A stretch of DNA of 64,000 bases from Caenispirillum bisanense (GCA_945877815.1 CAMDWJ010000005.1:15549-79548); one strand, 5' to 3'. Numbered from the stretch's first letter, positions 38,135 to 46,613 are shown. Translations and numbers: made by a program. Notes: generated by a model from the letters alone, not told the origin.

Positions 38135-38416
38135 TTACATCGGCTTCAAAGTAGCGCCTTGGATTTTCGCGCAGGTACCGACCGGCACGTAGATCCAGGC
38201 CTTGGGATCACTGGCGCGTTTGGCTTCGCCGGCGCACGAATTGCTGTTGGAGGAGGCGCAATCGTTTTTTCCGACCGCATTGACACCGTAGCATTTCTCG
38301 GCCTGGAAGCTCGGCGTGGGCGCCGGGGCAGCATTGGCCGCAAGCATGGGCAGGGCCACGAGGGCCGAGAAAGCCGAGGCCGCAAGCAGCGCGCTTTTGG
38401 TAGAAATATTTTGCAT
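38135..38416 (-). CDS. bufA: DUF2282-type Sec-signal, 4-Cys precursor peptide (BufA-like RiPP precursor)
   Basis: 93 aa. Signal peptide MQNISTKSALLAASAFSALVALPMLAANA|AP. Core with EKCYGV, NDCAS, NSCAGE and GTCAKI. SD GGGAGA lies 8 nt upstream. The track ORF (171 aa) was trimmed to the ATG at 38416. Confidence 0.85.
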   Translation of the reverse strand: MQNISTKSALLAASAFSALVALPMLAANAAPAPTPSFQAEKCYGVNAVGKNDCASSNSNSCAGEAKRASDPKAWIYVPVGTCAKIQGATLKPM

Positions 38417-38485
38417 GGATGAATCTCCCATTATGCTGAAGTGGATTACGGACCCAACATTGTCTACAAAGGTCCGTGCTCCCTG

Positions 38486-38511
38486 TTCGCACGATGACCG
38501 CACCGGGTTAC
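38486..38511 (-). promoter_or_regulatory. ECF sigma-F-type promoter candidate (GTAACC-N16-CGAA) driving the bufA operon
   Basis: The minus strand reads GTAACC CGGTGCGGTCATCGTG CGAA. It sits about 70 nt upstream of the bufA ATG. It is the only perfect occurrence I could find in the window. Confidence 0.6.
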
Positions 38512-38544
38512 AGGGGGCGGCGATAAAAACGAAAGCCCCCAGAC

Positions 38545-39102
38545 TTGGCGCGAACGAGAGAAAAAAACGCCGACTGGTCCCGCTGGATGGCGGCGGGACA
38601 GAACGGCGATTCGGCCTCCTATGAGCGACTCTTGCGCGCCGTGGTGCCATTCGTGCGGGCCGTCGTATCGCGCCATCATCGCGGAGACCGTATCGACGAT
38701 GCGGTACAGGACGTGCTCCTGACCGTCCATCGCGTGCGCCATACCTACGACCCGGCCCGGCCTTTCGACAATTGGCTTGCGACGATCGCGCATCGTCGGT
38801 CGATCGACCTCCTGCGTCGCCGCGCCCGTATCGCCGCCAACGAGACGAACGACGAATTGGCCTATGAAACCTTTGCCGATCCCATGGCGAACTCGGACTT
38901 GGAGAGGAATGCGCGGACCGAGGGATTGAGCGCGGCGATTGCCGCTTTGCCAGAAAGCCAGCGTGAGGCGATAGACTTGCTAAAGGTGCGCGAAATGACT
39001 CTGATCGAGGCGGCGCGAACCAGCGGCAAATCCATCGCGGCGTTGAAAGTGAATGTCCACCGCGCGATCAAAACGCTGCGGGCGCGGATGAAAGGAGATT
39101 AA
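38545..39102 (+). CDS. sigF: ECF RNA polymerase sigma factor (SigF-like)
   Basis: Region 2 (DDAVQDVLLTVHRVRHTYDPARPFDNWLATIAHRRSIDLLRR) and region 4 (LPESQREAIDLLKVREMTLIEAARTSGKSIAALKVNVHRA). The TTG start is uncertain; an in-frame ATG lies about 14 codons downstream. Confidence 0.88.
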   Translation: MARTREKNADWSRWMAAGQNGDSASYERLLRAVVPFVRAVVSRHHRGDRIDDAVQDVLLTVHRVRHTYDPARPFDNWLATIAHRRSIDLLRRRARIAANETNDELAYETFADPMANSDLERNARTEGLSAAIAALPESQREAIDLLKVREMTLIEAARTSGKSIAALKVNVHRAIKTLRARMKGD

Positions 39103-39105
39103 GAC

Positions 39106-39741
39106 GTGTCGGAAACTACGGACCAATTGATCCACCGGCTAGCACAGGATGCCGGTCCCGTCCGCCGCTTGAAAACGCCGCTGATGCGCGCCGCGGCCTG
39201 GTTCGCGGTGGTCGCGACAGGTTCCGCCGCCGCCGTAATCTGGCTCGCCGATTTTCCCGAATTCATGGCGCGCGCACACGATCCGCGCCATCTAATTGAG
39301 CTTGCGGCGACCCTGATGACCGGGGTCCTGGCGATCATTGCTGCCTTCGAGATGAGCCTGCCCGATCGCGCTCGCGCCTGGGCCGCCCTGCCGCTGCCGG
39401 CGCTCGCCCTATGGCTCGCGACAGCGGGTACTGGCTGCGTGCAAAATTGGATCGCGGGCGTGCCGTCGGATCCGAGCGAGAGCGCGGATTGTTTCGCCAT
39501 CATCGTCGCCACGAGCATCCCGCTCGCCGCGGTCCTTCTCTGGATGCTGCGCCGCGCGAAACCGCTGGCGCCCGGGCCGGTCGCGGCGATGGGCGGGTTG
39601 GGGGTGGCGGGCATCGCCGCATTTCTGCTGCAATTCTTCCACCCCTTCGACGTGACCCTGCTCGATCTTGCGATCCACGCCGTCGCGGTCGGATTGGTCG
39701 TCGGCGTATCCGCCGTCTCGGCGCGTGCGCTCCCCGCCTAA
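39106..39741 (+). CDS. nrsF: NrsF-family (DUF1109) anti-sigma-F factor
   Basis: Begins 3 nt after the sigma stop. Six TM helices. Motifs SADCFAIIVATSIPLA and LLQFFHPFD. Confidence 0.85.
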   Translation: MSETTDQLIHRLAQDAGPVRRLKTPLMRAAAWFAVVATGSAAAVIWLADFPEFMARAHDPRHLIELAATLMTGVLAIIAAFEMSLPDRARAWAALPLPALALWLATAGTGCVQNWIAGVPSDPSESADCFAIIVATSIPLAAVLLWMLRRAKPLAPGPVAAMGGLGVAGIAAFLLQFFHPFDVTLLDLAIHAVAVGLVVGVSAVSARALPA

Positions 39742-40607
39742 CTCTTCCACTCCCAACTCGTCGGTGCGTCAGGTGCATCGACGATGCGGTTGCGCATCGC
39801 TCCGATATCGCCGAGTTCGGATTCGAGCACGTCGCCGTCTTTCAGAAACCAATCGCCGCCCTTGTGTCCCATCGCAACGCCCGACGGCGTGCCAGTGAGA
39901 ATGACGTCACCCGCTTCCAGCGTCATCTGCGAGAGATAGGCAATCAGTTTTGGAATCGGCCAGATCATGTTCGACGTGTTGGACTCCTGGCGCACCTCGC
40001 CGTTGACGCGCGTGCGCAACGCGAGGTTCATCGGATCGGCGATTTCGTCGGCGGTCACGAACCACGGTCCCATCGGGCAAAAGGTATCGAACATCTTGCC
40101 CAGCAACTGATTGCCCTCGGCACGTTCTGTCGCGACAACGTCGCGCGCCGTGATGTCCGATGCGATCGAATAGCCCGCGATCACGGAAGTGGCGTCCTCC
40201 TCGCGCACATGGCGGCACCGCTTGCCAATCACCACGGCGAGTTCGGTTTCGTAATCGAGTTTGCGCGTCGCGCGCGGCTTGACGATATCGTCATAGGCGC
40301 CGGTCAGGGTCGAGGTTGCCTTGATCCAGGCCGACGGAACGACGTTCGGGAAGCGCCCGTCGCCGGCCGACATTTCGCTATTGTGCGAACGGTAGTTTCG
40401 CCCGACCGCGATAATCTTCGACGGCCGCGCTACGGGCGCCAGCAATCGGCATTCGGACAAGGGACGCGCGAAAGCGCTTTGCGTAAGCTTGCCGCCCCGC
40501 AGCCATTCAACGAGATCGTCCCCGCCCGGCAGTTCGGCGACGCGCTCGTCGGAGACGACGAGGCCCAAGCGAGCCTCACCGCCCACGGCATAACGGACAA
40601 CTTTCAA
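39738..40607 (-). CDS. fumarylacetoacetate hydrolase (FAH) family protein
   Basis: KIIAVGRNYRSH, DYETELAVVIGK, GKMFDTFCPMGP and GDVILTGTPSGV motifs. The TTG start overlaps the upstream stop (TTGA). Confidence 0.85.
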   Translation of the reverse strand: MKVVRYAVGGEARLGLVVSDERVAELPGGDDLVEWLRGGKLTQSAFARPLSECRLLAPVARPSKIIAVGRNYRSHNSEMSAGDGRFPNVVPSAWIKATSTLTGAYDDIVKPRATRKLDYETELAVVIGKRCRHVREEDATSVIAGYSIASDITARDVVATERAEGNQLLGKMFDTFCPMGPWFVTADEIADPMNLALRTRVNGEVRQESNTSNMIWPIPKLIAYLSQMTLEAGDVILTGTPSGVAMGHKGGDWFLKDGDVLESELGDIGAMRNRIVDAPDAPTSWEWKS

Positions 40608-41863
40608 TAGACGTGCTCGACAAGTTCCTCGGCCTCGATCCGACCCGAGGCGACCAATTCGGCGCGCGAGCGGGCCTTCCACTCGGCGCGTGGCATAAAG
40701 CCCGGCGTCGAATGGACGCGATCGGCGACATGTTTCAGCAAGGTCGCATCGTCCATGCCGAAATCGAGGGGCCAAGCGATCGGAGCCGGAATGTAATAGT
40801 CGGACTCGTATGAAATCTCGAGCGAATTGCCTTCCGGATCGTCGCAATACAGCGAATAGGAATTGCCGTGGTTAATCGGGCGGAAGTTCGCGCAGCCCGG
40901 AATCGTGCGAAGTGAATCGTTTATGCCGCGCAGCGTCGTGATATCGGGCACGCGGAAGGTGACCTGGTTGACGCTCGATTTTATTTTGGGATCGCGGCCC
41001 GAAACCAAAATCAATTGCGCCACCTGATTGGGATCGCGGGTGAGATACACAATATCCGCAGCGGCTTGTCCGCCGAACGCCGGCATCCGCCCCTTGCCGG
41101 TCACCAGATAGCCGAGCGTCTGCGCGTAGAAAGCCTGGAGGCGATCCATATCGGCGACATAGATGCCAACCTGATGCATCGCGATTTTCGGGAACGGATC
41201 GGCGGGTGCGTGTGTTCCGACCGGGCGGCGGAAAACGCTTTCGCTTGAAGTGATCTTGGCATCGATGCTGGGCGTGGCTTGCGACGCGAGCCGGCCGAGA
41301 CTGGCCAGAACCTTATGCGTCTCCTCGGCCCAGGCGGCGCGCAACATGAACCCCAGTGTCGTGCGGCACTGTCCCTCGGTCTGCGTCATGATCTCCACGT
41401 CCGAGCGCGACAAATCGAGCGGCCAATAGGCCGGCTGCGGCACATACCAGCCGGTGTTGACCGAGGCCGAGATACGGTGGCCCTGCGGATCGACGAAATA
41501 GAGTGTCCAAGCGATGCCGTGATCGGCGGCTTCGATTCCAGTCACCCCCGGCTCGCGCTCGAGGCGCGCCTTCATGCGACGCAGTTCAGCCAAATCGGGC
41601 GCGAGAAACCCGATCTGATTGACGGTGGATGGCAACTCCTTCGGCCGACCGCCGGCGATGACCAGCTGATGATGTTCCCACGGGCGCCGCGTCATGAAGG
41701 ACATATCGAATTCGACGGGGCCGGCATGGACATGGCCGCAATCGCTGACCGCGAAGCCCATCACGCGCGTATAGAAATCCTCGAGCGCCGCGACGTCTTG
41801 GCAAAACACGCCGAAATGGCTGAACACCAGCGCCGGCACATTCTGCTCGCTAACACTAATCAT
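40604..41863 (-). CDS. tandem-duplicated VOC/extradiol dioxygenase-like protein
   Basis: Two homologous halves of about 200 aa. Compare HHQLVIAGGRPKELPSTVNQIGF...GWYVPQPAYWPLDL with VAQLILVSGRDPKIKSSVNQVTF...DYYIPAPIAWPLDF. Confidence 0.75.
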   Translation of the reverse strand: MISVSEQNVPALVFSHFGVFCQDVAALEDFYTRVMGFAVSDCGHVHAGPVEFDMSFMTRRPWEHHQLVIAGGRPKELPSTVNQIGFLAPDLAELRRMKARLEREPGVTGIEAADHGIAWTLYFVDPQGHRISASVNTGWYVPQPAYWPLDLSRSDVEIMTQTEGQCRTTLGFMLRAAWAEETHKVLASLGRLASQATPSIDAKITSSESVFRRPVGTHAPADPFPKIAMHQVGIYVADMDRLQAFYAQTLGYLVTGKGRMPAFGGQAAADIVYLTRDPNQVAQLILVSGRDPKIKSSVNQVTFRVPDITTLRGINDSLRTIPGCANFRPINHGNSYSLYCDDPEGNSLEISYESDYYIPAPIAWPLDFGMDDATLLKHVADRVHSTPGFMPRAEWKARSRAELVASGRIEAEELVEHVY

Positions 41864-41884
41864 CTACACCTCCCAAAACTTAGT

Positions 41885-43303
41885 TTATTTCCCGTTATCT
41901 TTGGCCGCCGCTTCGCCCGCGCGCAAGCCCAACACGAACGCCTTCACGATCCCGCCGACATAGCCGACATTCGGGCCGCCTTCGAGACCGCCGGTGGACG
42001 AACCCGCCGCGTACAGGCCGGAAATGATCGTGCCCTTGTCGGTGAGCACATGCGCGTGGGCATCGATATCGATACCGCCCATGGTGTTGGTGACCCCGGC
42101 ACAGACCTTGATCGCGCAATAGGGCGCTTCGATGGCATGGGCCTTGGCCTTTTTCTCGGTGCGGATCGGACTTAAGCGATCCAGCGTGGCGCCCTTGAGC
42201 GCCGCGTTGTAGCCCGCAAGCGTAGCGGCGAGTGCATCGGCAGGCACATCGATGGCGCGTGCGATTCCGGGGATATCGGCCGCCTCGATCAATGTGCCGC
42301 CGTTGTCGGTAAGTTCCGAATTGGGCGGCGATACACCGCCGGTCGCGATATCGTCCCAGATCTTGCGGCTCAAAACGACCGTCGCCGACAACGGATCGGC
42401 GAGCTTGGCAATGGCATTGGCGACGAACACCGCGCCGCGTCCCTCGTCGACGAAACGATTTCCCGTCCCGTCCACCAGGATCGACGCGGTCGCGGCGATA
42501 TCGATATTAGGATAGGGCCACAGCCGATCATCGGTCATCGCCTCTCGCGCCAGAATGTGGCCGTAGAAGGCGCCGATCTCGGTGATCTTGGCACCGGCGT
42601 CGCGCGCCATGCGGATGCCATCGCCGGTGGCCGACGGGGTCGCGCGCAATTTCACGCGGGTCGGCTCCGGCGTCACCGTATCCTTGAGCATGGCGGGGTT
42701 CGCCTGGAAACCGCCGTCGGCAATGACGATGGCCTTCGCGCCATAGCGCAGCATATCGCCCTCGTGGCGAGCATCGACACCGACGCACACGCCTTCAGCC
42801 ATGACGAGGTTCGCCACCTCGACGCCGCGGATTACCCGCCCGCCGAGATTGACGAGTTTCTGCTCGAGCGCCATCAGCGTTTGATCCGGACCCCTGCCTT
42901 GCCAATCGAGCCCGGCGCGCATGGCGCGCGGCGGCGCCAGAACGAGATGCGCGCGCCCCGCCACATAGCTCATCGCTTTTTCATGTTCGAGGCGCACGCC
43001 GTGGGCCGTCAGCCAATCGACGATGCGGGCGGCGTCCTCGGCGATCGCGCGCACGAGTTCGGGTTTCGCATAGTTCATCGTTTCCGTGTTGATCGCGGCG
43101 ATCAGCCCTTCTGTGCCGAGACGCACATCGTTCGAGGCGACGTGGAAAACCCCGGTCGCGATGCGCGAATTGTTGAATTGCTTTGGCCCGCTCTGGCGCT
43201 CGATCACGAGGACCGACAGGCCAAGTTCACGGCCACGCAACGCGGCGGTTAGGCCAGCGAAACCGGCGCCGATGCAAATCAGATCTACGTCTTCGCCGAT
43301 CAT
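41885..43303 (-). CDS. FAD-dependent oxidoreductase (FAD_binding_2; fumarate reductase/ketosteroid dehydrogenase-like)
   Basis: DLICIGAGFAGLTAAL dinucleotide fold plus C-terminal GLYAAGSSTGG. Start trimmed to MIGEDVD. Confidence 0.82.
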   Translation of the reverse strand: MIGEDVDLICIGAGFAGLTAALRGRELGLSVLVIERQSGPKQFNNSRIATGVFHVASNDVRLGTEGLIAAINTETMNYAKPELVRAIAEDAARIVDWLTAHGVRLEHEKAMSYVAGRAHLVLAPPRAMRAGLDWQGRGPDQTLMALEQKLVNLGGRVIRGVEVANLVMAEGVCVGVDARHEGDMLRYGAKAIVIADGGFQANPAMLKDTVTPEPTRVKLRATPSATGDGIRMARDAGAKITEIGAFYGHILAREAMTDDRLWPYPNIDIAATASILVDGTGNRFVDEGRGAVFVANAIAKLADPLSATVVLSRKIWDDIATGGVSPPNSELTDNGGTLIEAADIPGIARAIDVPADALAATLAGYNAALKGATLDRLSPIRTEKKAKAHAIEAPYCAIKVCAGVTNTMGGIDIDAHAHVLTDKGTIISGLYAAGSSTGGLEGGPNVGYVGGIVKAFVLGLRAGEAAAKDNGK

Positions 43304-43504
43304 GTCGATGCCTCTCCCGTATGGTTTCTCATAATTAATGTGAATCCTGCGCAGACCCGAGGGTTGTTGACAACGCACGTTGGCGCGATGCGCTCCGCCG
43401 TGCGCGCAATCGGCCGCCGATCCGAGTCTAGCAACACTCGTAGATTTTCAGACAAAACCTAAAATAGCTCGTCTATCGCGGTCCATTGCGCAGGATCACA
43501 CGAG

Positions 43505-44041
43505 GTGAAACGCGTCGCCATATTCACAAATGCCGGTGGCGGTAAATCGACCCTGGCCAAGCACCTGGTCGATATCGCCGGCCTGCCGTTGTACGTTGTG
43601 GATAAAATGCGATTCCTGCCCGGAGGCGATGCCGTGCCTCATCAGCAATATTTGGCCACGCACGCGGAGCTGATACAGCGCGATGACTGGATCATCGATG
43701 GTTTCGAAAACGTCGCCACGGCGTGGGAACGATTTGACCGGGCCGACACGCTGATCCACGTCGATCTGCCGCGGGCCGTGCATTACTGGTGGGTCACGAA
43801 GCGCTTCGTCAAAGGTCTTTTTAGAAACCCGGATGGCTGGCCTGAAAACAGTCCTCTCTGGAGCAGCACGCTCTCGAGCTATTCGGTCATCTCGCGGTGT
43901 CATCGCAACCTGACGCCGAGGTATAGGCAGTTGCTTTTGGATTCGGCGGCGTCGAAACGTGTCCACCATCTCAGATCGCCTGCCGAGATCGCGAATTTTC
44001 TCGAAACGGTGAGGCGCGAAGCCGCGCGATCTATAAAATAA
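43505..44041 (+). CDS. P-loop NTPase, adenylate-kinase / topology-modulation (FlaR)-like
   Basis: Walker A NAGGGKST near the N-terminus. About 178 aa. GTG start. Confidence 0.6.
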   Translation: MKRVAIFTNAGGGKSTLAKHLVDIAGLPLYVVDKMRFLPGGDAVPHQQYLATHAELIQRDDWIIDGFENVATAWERFDRADTLIHVDLPRAVHYWWVTKRFVKGLFRNPDGWPENSPLWSSTLSSYSVISRCHRNLTPRYRQLLLDSAASKRVHHLRSPAEIANFLETVRREAARSIK

Positions 44042-44513
44042 AGCTGACGCTTCCGAGGCTCGCCAATTCCAGCGCGTCCAGACGCACGATCCGCTCGGCA
44101 ATCTTTAGGTCACTCGCCGCCTTCGCCAGCTTGAAGTGATAGGTGCCGACATATTGGCGGATGTCTTCGTTGCGACGGAAGCGATAGATGACGAAGTTGG
44201 CGGCCAGGGTGACGGTATGATCGTCCTGCTCAAGAATCCGGACATTCGAAATCATCCGCCGCGTGCGCGAATGTGGAAATTCGGCATGCGCATTGCGGCT
44301 TTTCAAACGGACAATGCGGGCCTTGATGCGGGCAATATCGTCGGCGATGGTGAAAAGCGTGTTTCCGATTTCGCCCTGCGGCTGATCGTTGGGCGGAATG
44401 CGGTAGACGGCATCCTCGGTGAGCAGATCCAGCCATTCGTCGAGACGCCACTCGTCGAGCAGAGCCGCTTCGCGATACAGGAAATCCTCAACCTCTCCAC
44501 GCGAGACCGTCAT
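44031..44513 (-). CDS. aromatic ring-hydroxylating dioxygenase beta subunit
   Basis: EVEDFLYREAALLDEWRLDEWLDLLTEDAVY is the typical SnoaL-like beta-subunit N-terminus. Its ATG overlaps the alpha-subunit stop (ATGA). Confidence 0.85.
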   Translation of the reverse strand: MTVSRGEVEDFLYREAALLDEWRLDEWLDLLTEDAVYRIPPNDQPQGEIGNTLFTIADDIARIKARIVRLKSRNAHAEFPHSRTRRMISNVRILEQDDHTVTLAANFVIYRFRRNEDIRQYVGTYHFKLAKAASDLKIAERIVRLDALELASLGSVSFIL

Positions 44514-45805
44514 TGCGCGGCCGCCGCAGCGACGTCGTTGCCCATATGCCTGGCCCACTGGCGCCAGAAGGCGCGCAGATGCAATTCATCCGTATTGAGC
44601 TGCTCGCCGGTCTTGTTGATCCCGCGCGACAGTTCCGACCATTCGATCTCGCGCCAAGTCTTCAAACCCGCCTGTACGCATTCCAAAGCTTCGACGTCGT
44701 CCGGCGTCGCAAACCCGCCCGGCCCATAGAAAGTGAGGAAGCTGTCGAGCCGACGCGCGCGTGCGGTTTCGGATTCTTCGGTCGGGCCGAGCGCCCAGGC
44801 GGTGACGCGCATGCGATCGACGGCGAGCGGATGGAAGGCGCGGATGGTGACGGAGGATCCGTCGTTGATGACGAGATTGGGAAAGATCACGAGATTGCGA
44901 TTGGTATCGGCGACCCGCGCCGCGCGATCGGCACCCAAACGTTCCACCAGCTCGTCGCGGATGACCGCGATCTCGGGTTTGGACTCCTCGCCATAAATGG
45001 GGATCCAGCGGGCGACGGGCCGGCCACGGAAATTGACGTTGTCGATCACGGCATGGCCATTTCCGAGATCTATGCCGACGCCGTGCGAAGGCAGCAGGTG
45101 TCCCGCCTCCGGCGCTTGAAACTCGACGCCAGCATCCTTGATATATTTGAGCCAGGTCGCGTGCGTGCTGAGCAGGTGATAGTCGTCGAAGGAATTTTCG
45201 ACAAGCAGCTTCCAATTGGCGGCGATGTCGTATTCCTGAGTGCCCTGGATCAAATGCATCTTGCCGGACGGCGACTGATCGACGACGAGATCGATATATT
45301 CCTTGGCGCCCGCGAGATAATCGACGAGCGGCATGGCGTTTTTATCAAAATTCACGAACCAGAAATCGCGATAGCTTTCGAGACGGGGCACCGATGTCAG
45401 GCCGAATTTGGATTGATCGAAATTCGGCGGATAGGATTCCTTGCCCGGCACAATCGTCAGGTTCCCGTCCGCGTCGTAAACCCAGCCATGATAGAAACAC
45501 ACATGGCGCTTGGCATTGCCGGCGCTCTCGCGGCACACGAGGGCCGCGCGGTGACGGCACGAATTAAGCAGGGCCTTCACCGCGCCGTCGGCCCCGCGGC
45601 AGAAAATCAGCGGACGCCCGCAGATGGTACGGGTGCGGAAATCGCCGGGCGCGGCCAATTCAGAATCGTGGCCGACATAGATCCAGCAGGTATCGAAAAT
45701 GCGACGGCGCTCCGCCTCGAGCACCGCTTCATCAACGAGGGTGCGGCGGTTGACCCGAAAGGTCATCTTGTCAGGTTCGTCGATCACGTATTGGTTTGAT
45801 GTCAT
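44510..45805 (-). CDS. Rieske (2Fe-2S) aromatic ring-hydroxylating dioxygenase alpha subunit
   Basis: Rieske motif CRHRAALV...CFYHGW, plus a catalytic-domain His/Asp region (DDYHLLSTH). Confidence 0.88.
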   Translation of the reverse strand: MTSNQYVIDEPDKMTFRVNRRTLVDEAVLEAERRRIFDTCWIYVGHDSELAAPGDFRTRTICGRPLIFCRGADGAVKALLNSCRHRAALVCRESAGNAKRHVCFYHGWVYDADGNLTIVPGKESYPPNFDQSKFGLTSVPRLESYRDFWFVNFDKNAMPLVDYLAGAKEYIDLVVDQSPSGKMHLIQGTQEYDIAANWKLLVENSFDDYHLLSTHATWLKYIKDAGVEFQAPEAGHLLPSHGVGIDLGNGHAVIDNVNFRGRPVARWIPIYGEESKPEIAVIRDELVERLGADRAARVADTNRNLVIFPNLVINDGSSVTIRAFHPLAVDRMRVTAWALGPTEESETARARRLDSFLTFYGPGGFATPDDVEALECVQAGLKTWREIEWSELSRGINKTGEQLNTDELHLRAFWRQWARHMGNDVAAAAAQ

Positions 45806-45896
45806 GAGGCATTTTTACATGCGGGTGCAGACTTTCAACCCCATGAATCTCGCCTATGATAGTGCGAATGACTATCGCCGGGGGAGCCGCAATCTC

Positions 45897-46613
45897 ATGA
45901 GCATGTTATCCGATACAGTTGAGAAGATCGTCACCGCCAACCGCATCCTCGCGCGCGAGGAGGTGGTGGACGGATTCGGCCATGTGAGTATGCGTCATCC
46001 GACCGACCCCGAACGTTATTTGCTGTCGCGCTCGCGTAGCCCCGAACTGGTGGAAAGCGGCGATATCCTGGAATACACGCTGGACGGCACCTGCATCGAC
46101 GACAACGGCGGCATGAAACCCTATGCCGAACGCTTCATCCACGGCGCGATTTATAAGGCGCGCCCCGATGTGATGAGCGTGGTGCATCACCACGCCTATC
46201 CGGTTGTCAGCTTCACCGCCTCCAAAATGCCGATCCGCCCGATGATGCATACGACGGCCGTGATCGGCCACGAAATCCCGCTTTGGGATATCCGCGACAA
46301 ATTCGGCCCCAACACCAATATGCTGGTCGTCAATATGGAGCAGGGCGGCGATCTGGCGAAGAAGCTCGGCAGCAATCGCATGGTGATGATGCGCGGCCAT
46401 GGCGCCACCTCGGCCGGCACGACCATCGAGGATTCTGTGATCAGTTCGATCTATCTGCAGATCGCCGCGCGCCAGCAATTGGATGCGCTGACCATCGGCG
46501 GCGAAATCACCTATCTGAGCAAGGGCGAGATCGACGGTCAGATTTCGCCCGAAGTGATCGCCATCGCCTTCCCACGCATTTGGGAATATTTCAGCCGCCG
46601 TGCTGGTCGATGA
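45897..46613 (+). CDS. class II aldolase/adducin family protein
   Basis: GFGHVSMRH, VVHHHA and MRGHGA motifs. The start is uncertain because several in-frame starts lie upstream, back to 45699. Confidence 0.8.
   Translation: MSMLSDTVEKIVTANRILAREEVVDGFGHVSMRHPTDPERYLLSRSRSPELVESGDILEYTLDGTCIDDNGGMKPYAERFIHGAIYKARPDVMSVVHHHAYPVVSFTASKMPIRPMMHTTAVIGHEIPLWDIRDKFGPNTNMLVVNMEQGGDLAKKLGSNRMVMMRGHGATSAGTTIEDSVISSIYLQIAARQQLDALTIGGEITYLSKGEIDGQISPEVIAIAFPRIWEYFSRRAGR

Noticed and set aside
38135-38650. The 171-aa track ORF as the true product upstream of the DUF692 gene.
   Set aside because: Its N-terminal 78 residues are Arg/Pro-rich and run across the divergent promoter region and into the sigma gene on the opposite strand. 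The internal ATG at 38416 has an SD and yields a canonical signal peptide, so the short form was called.
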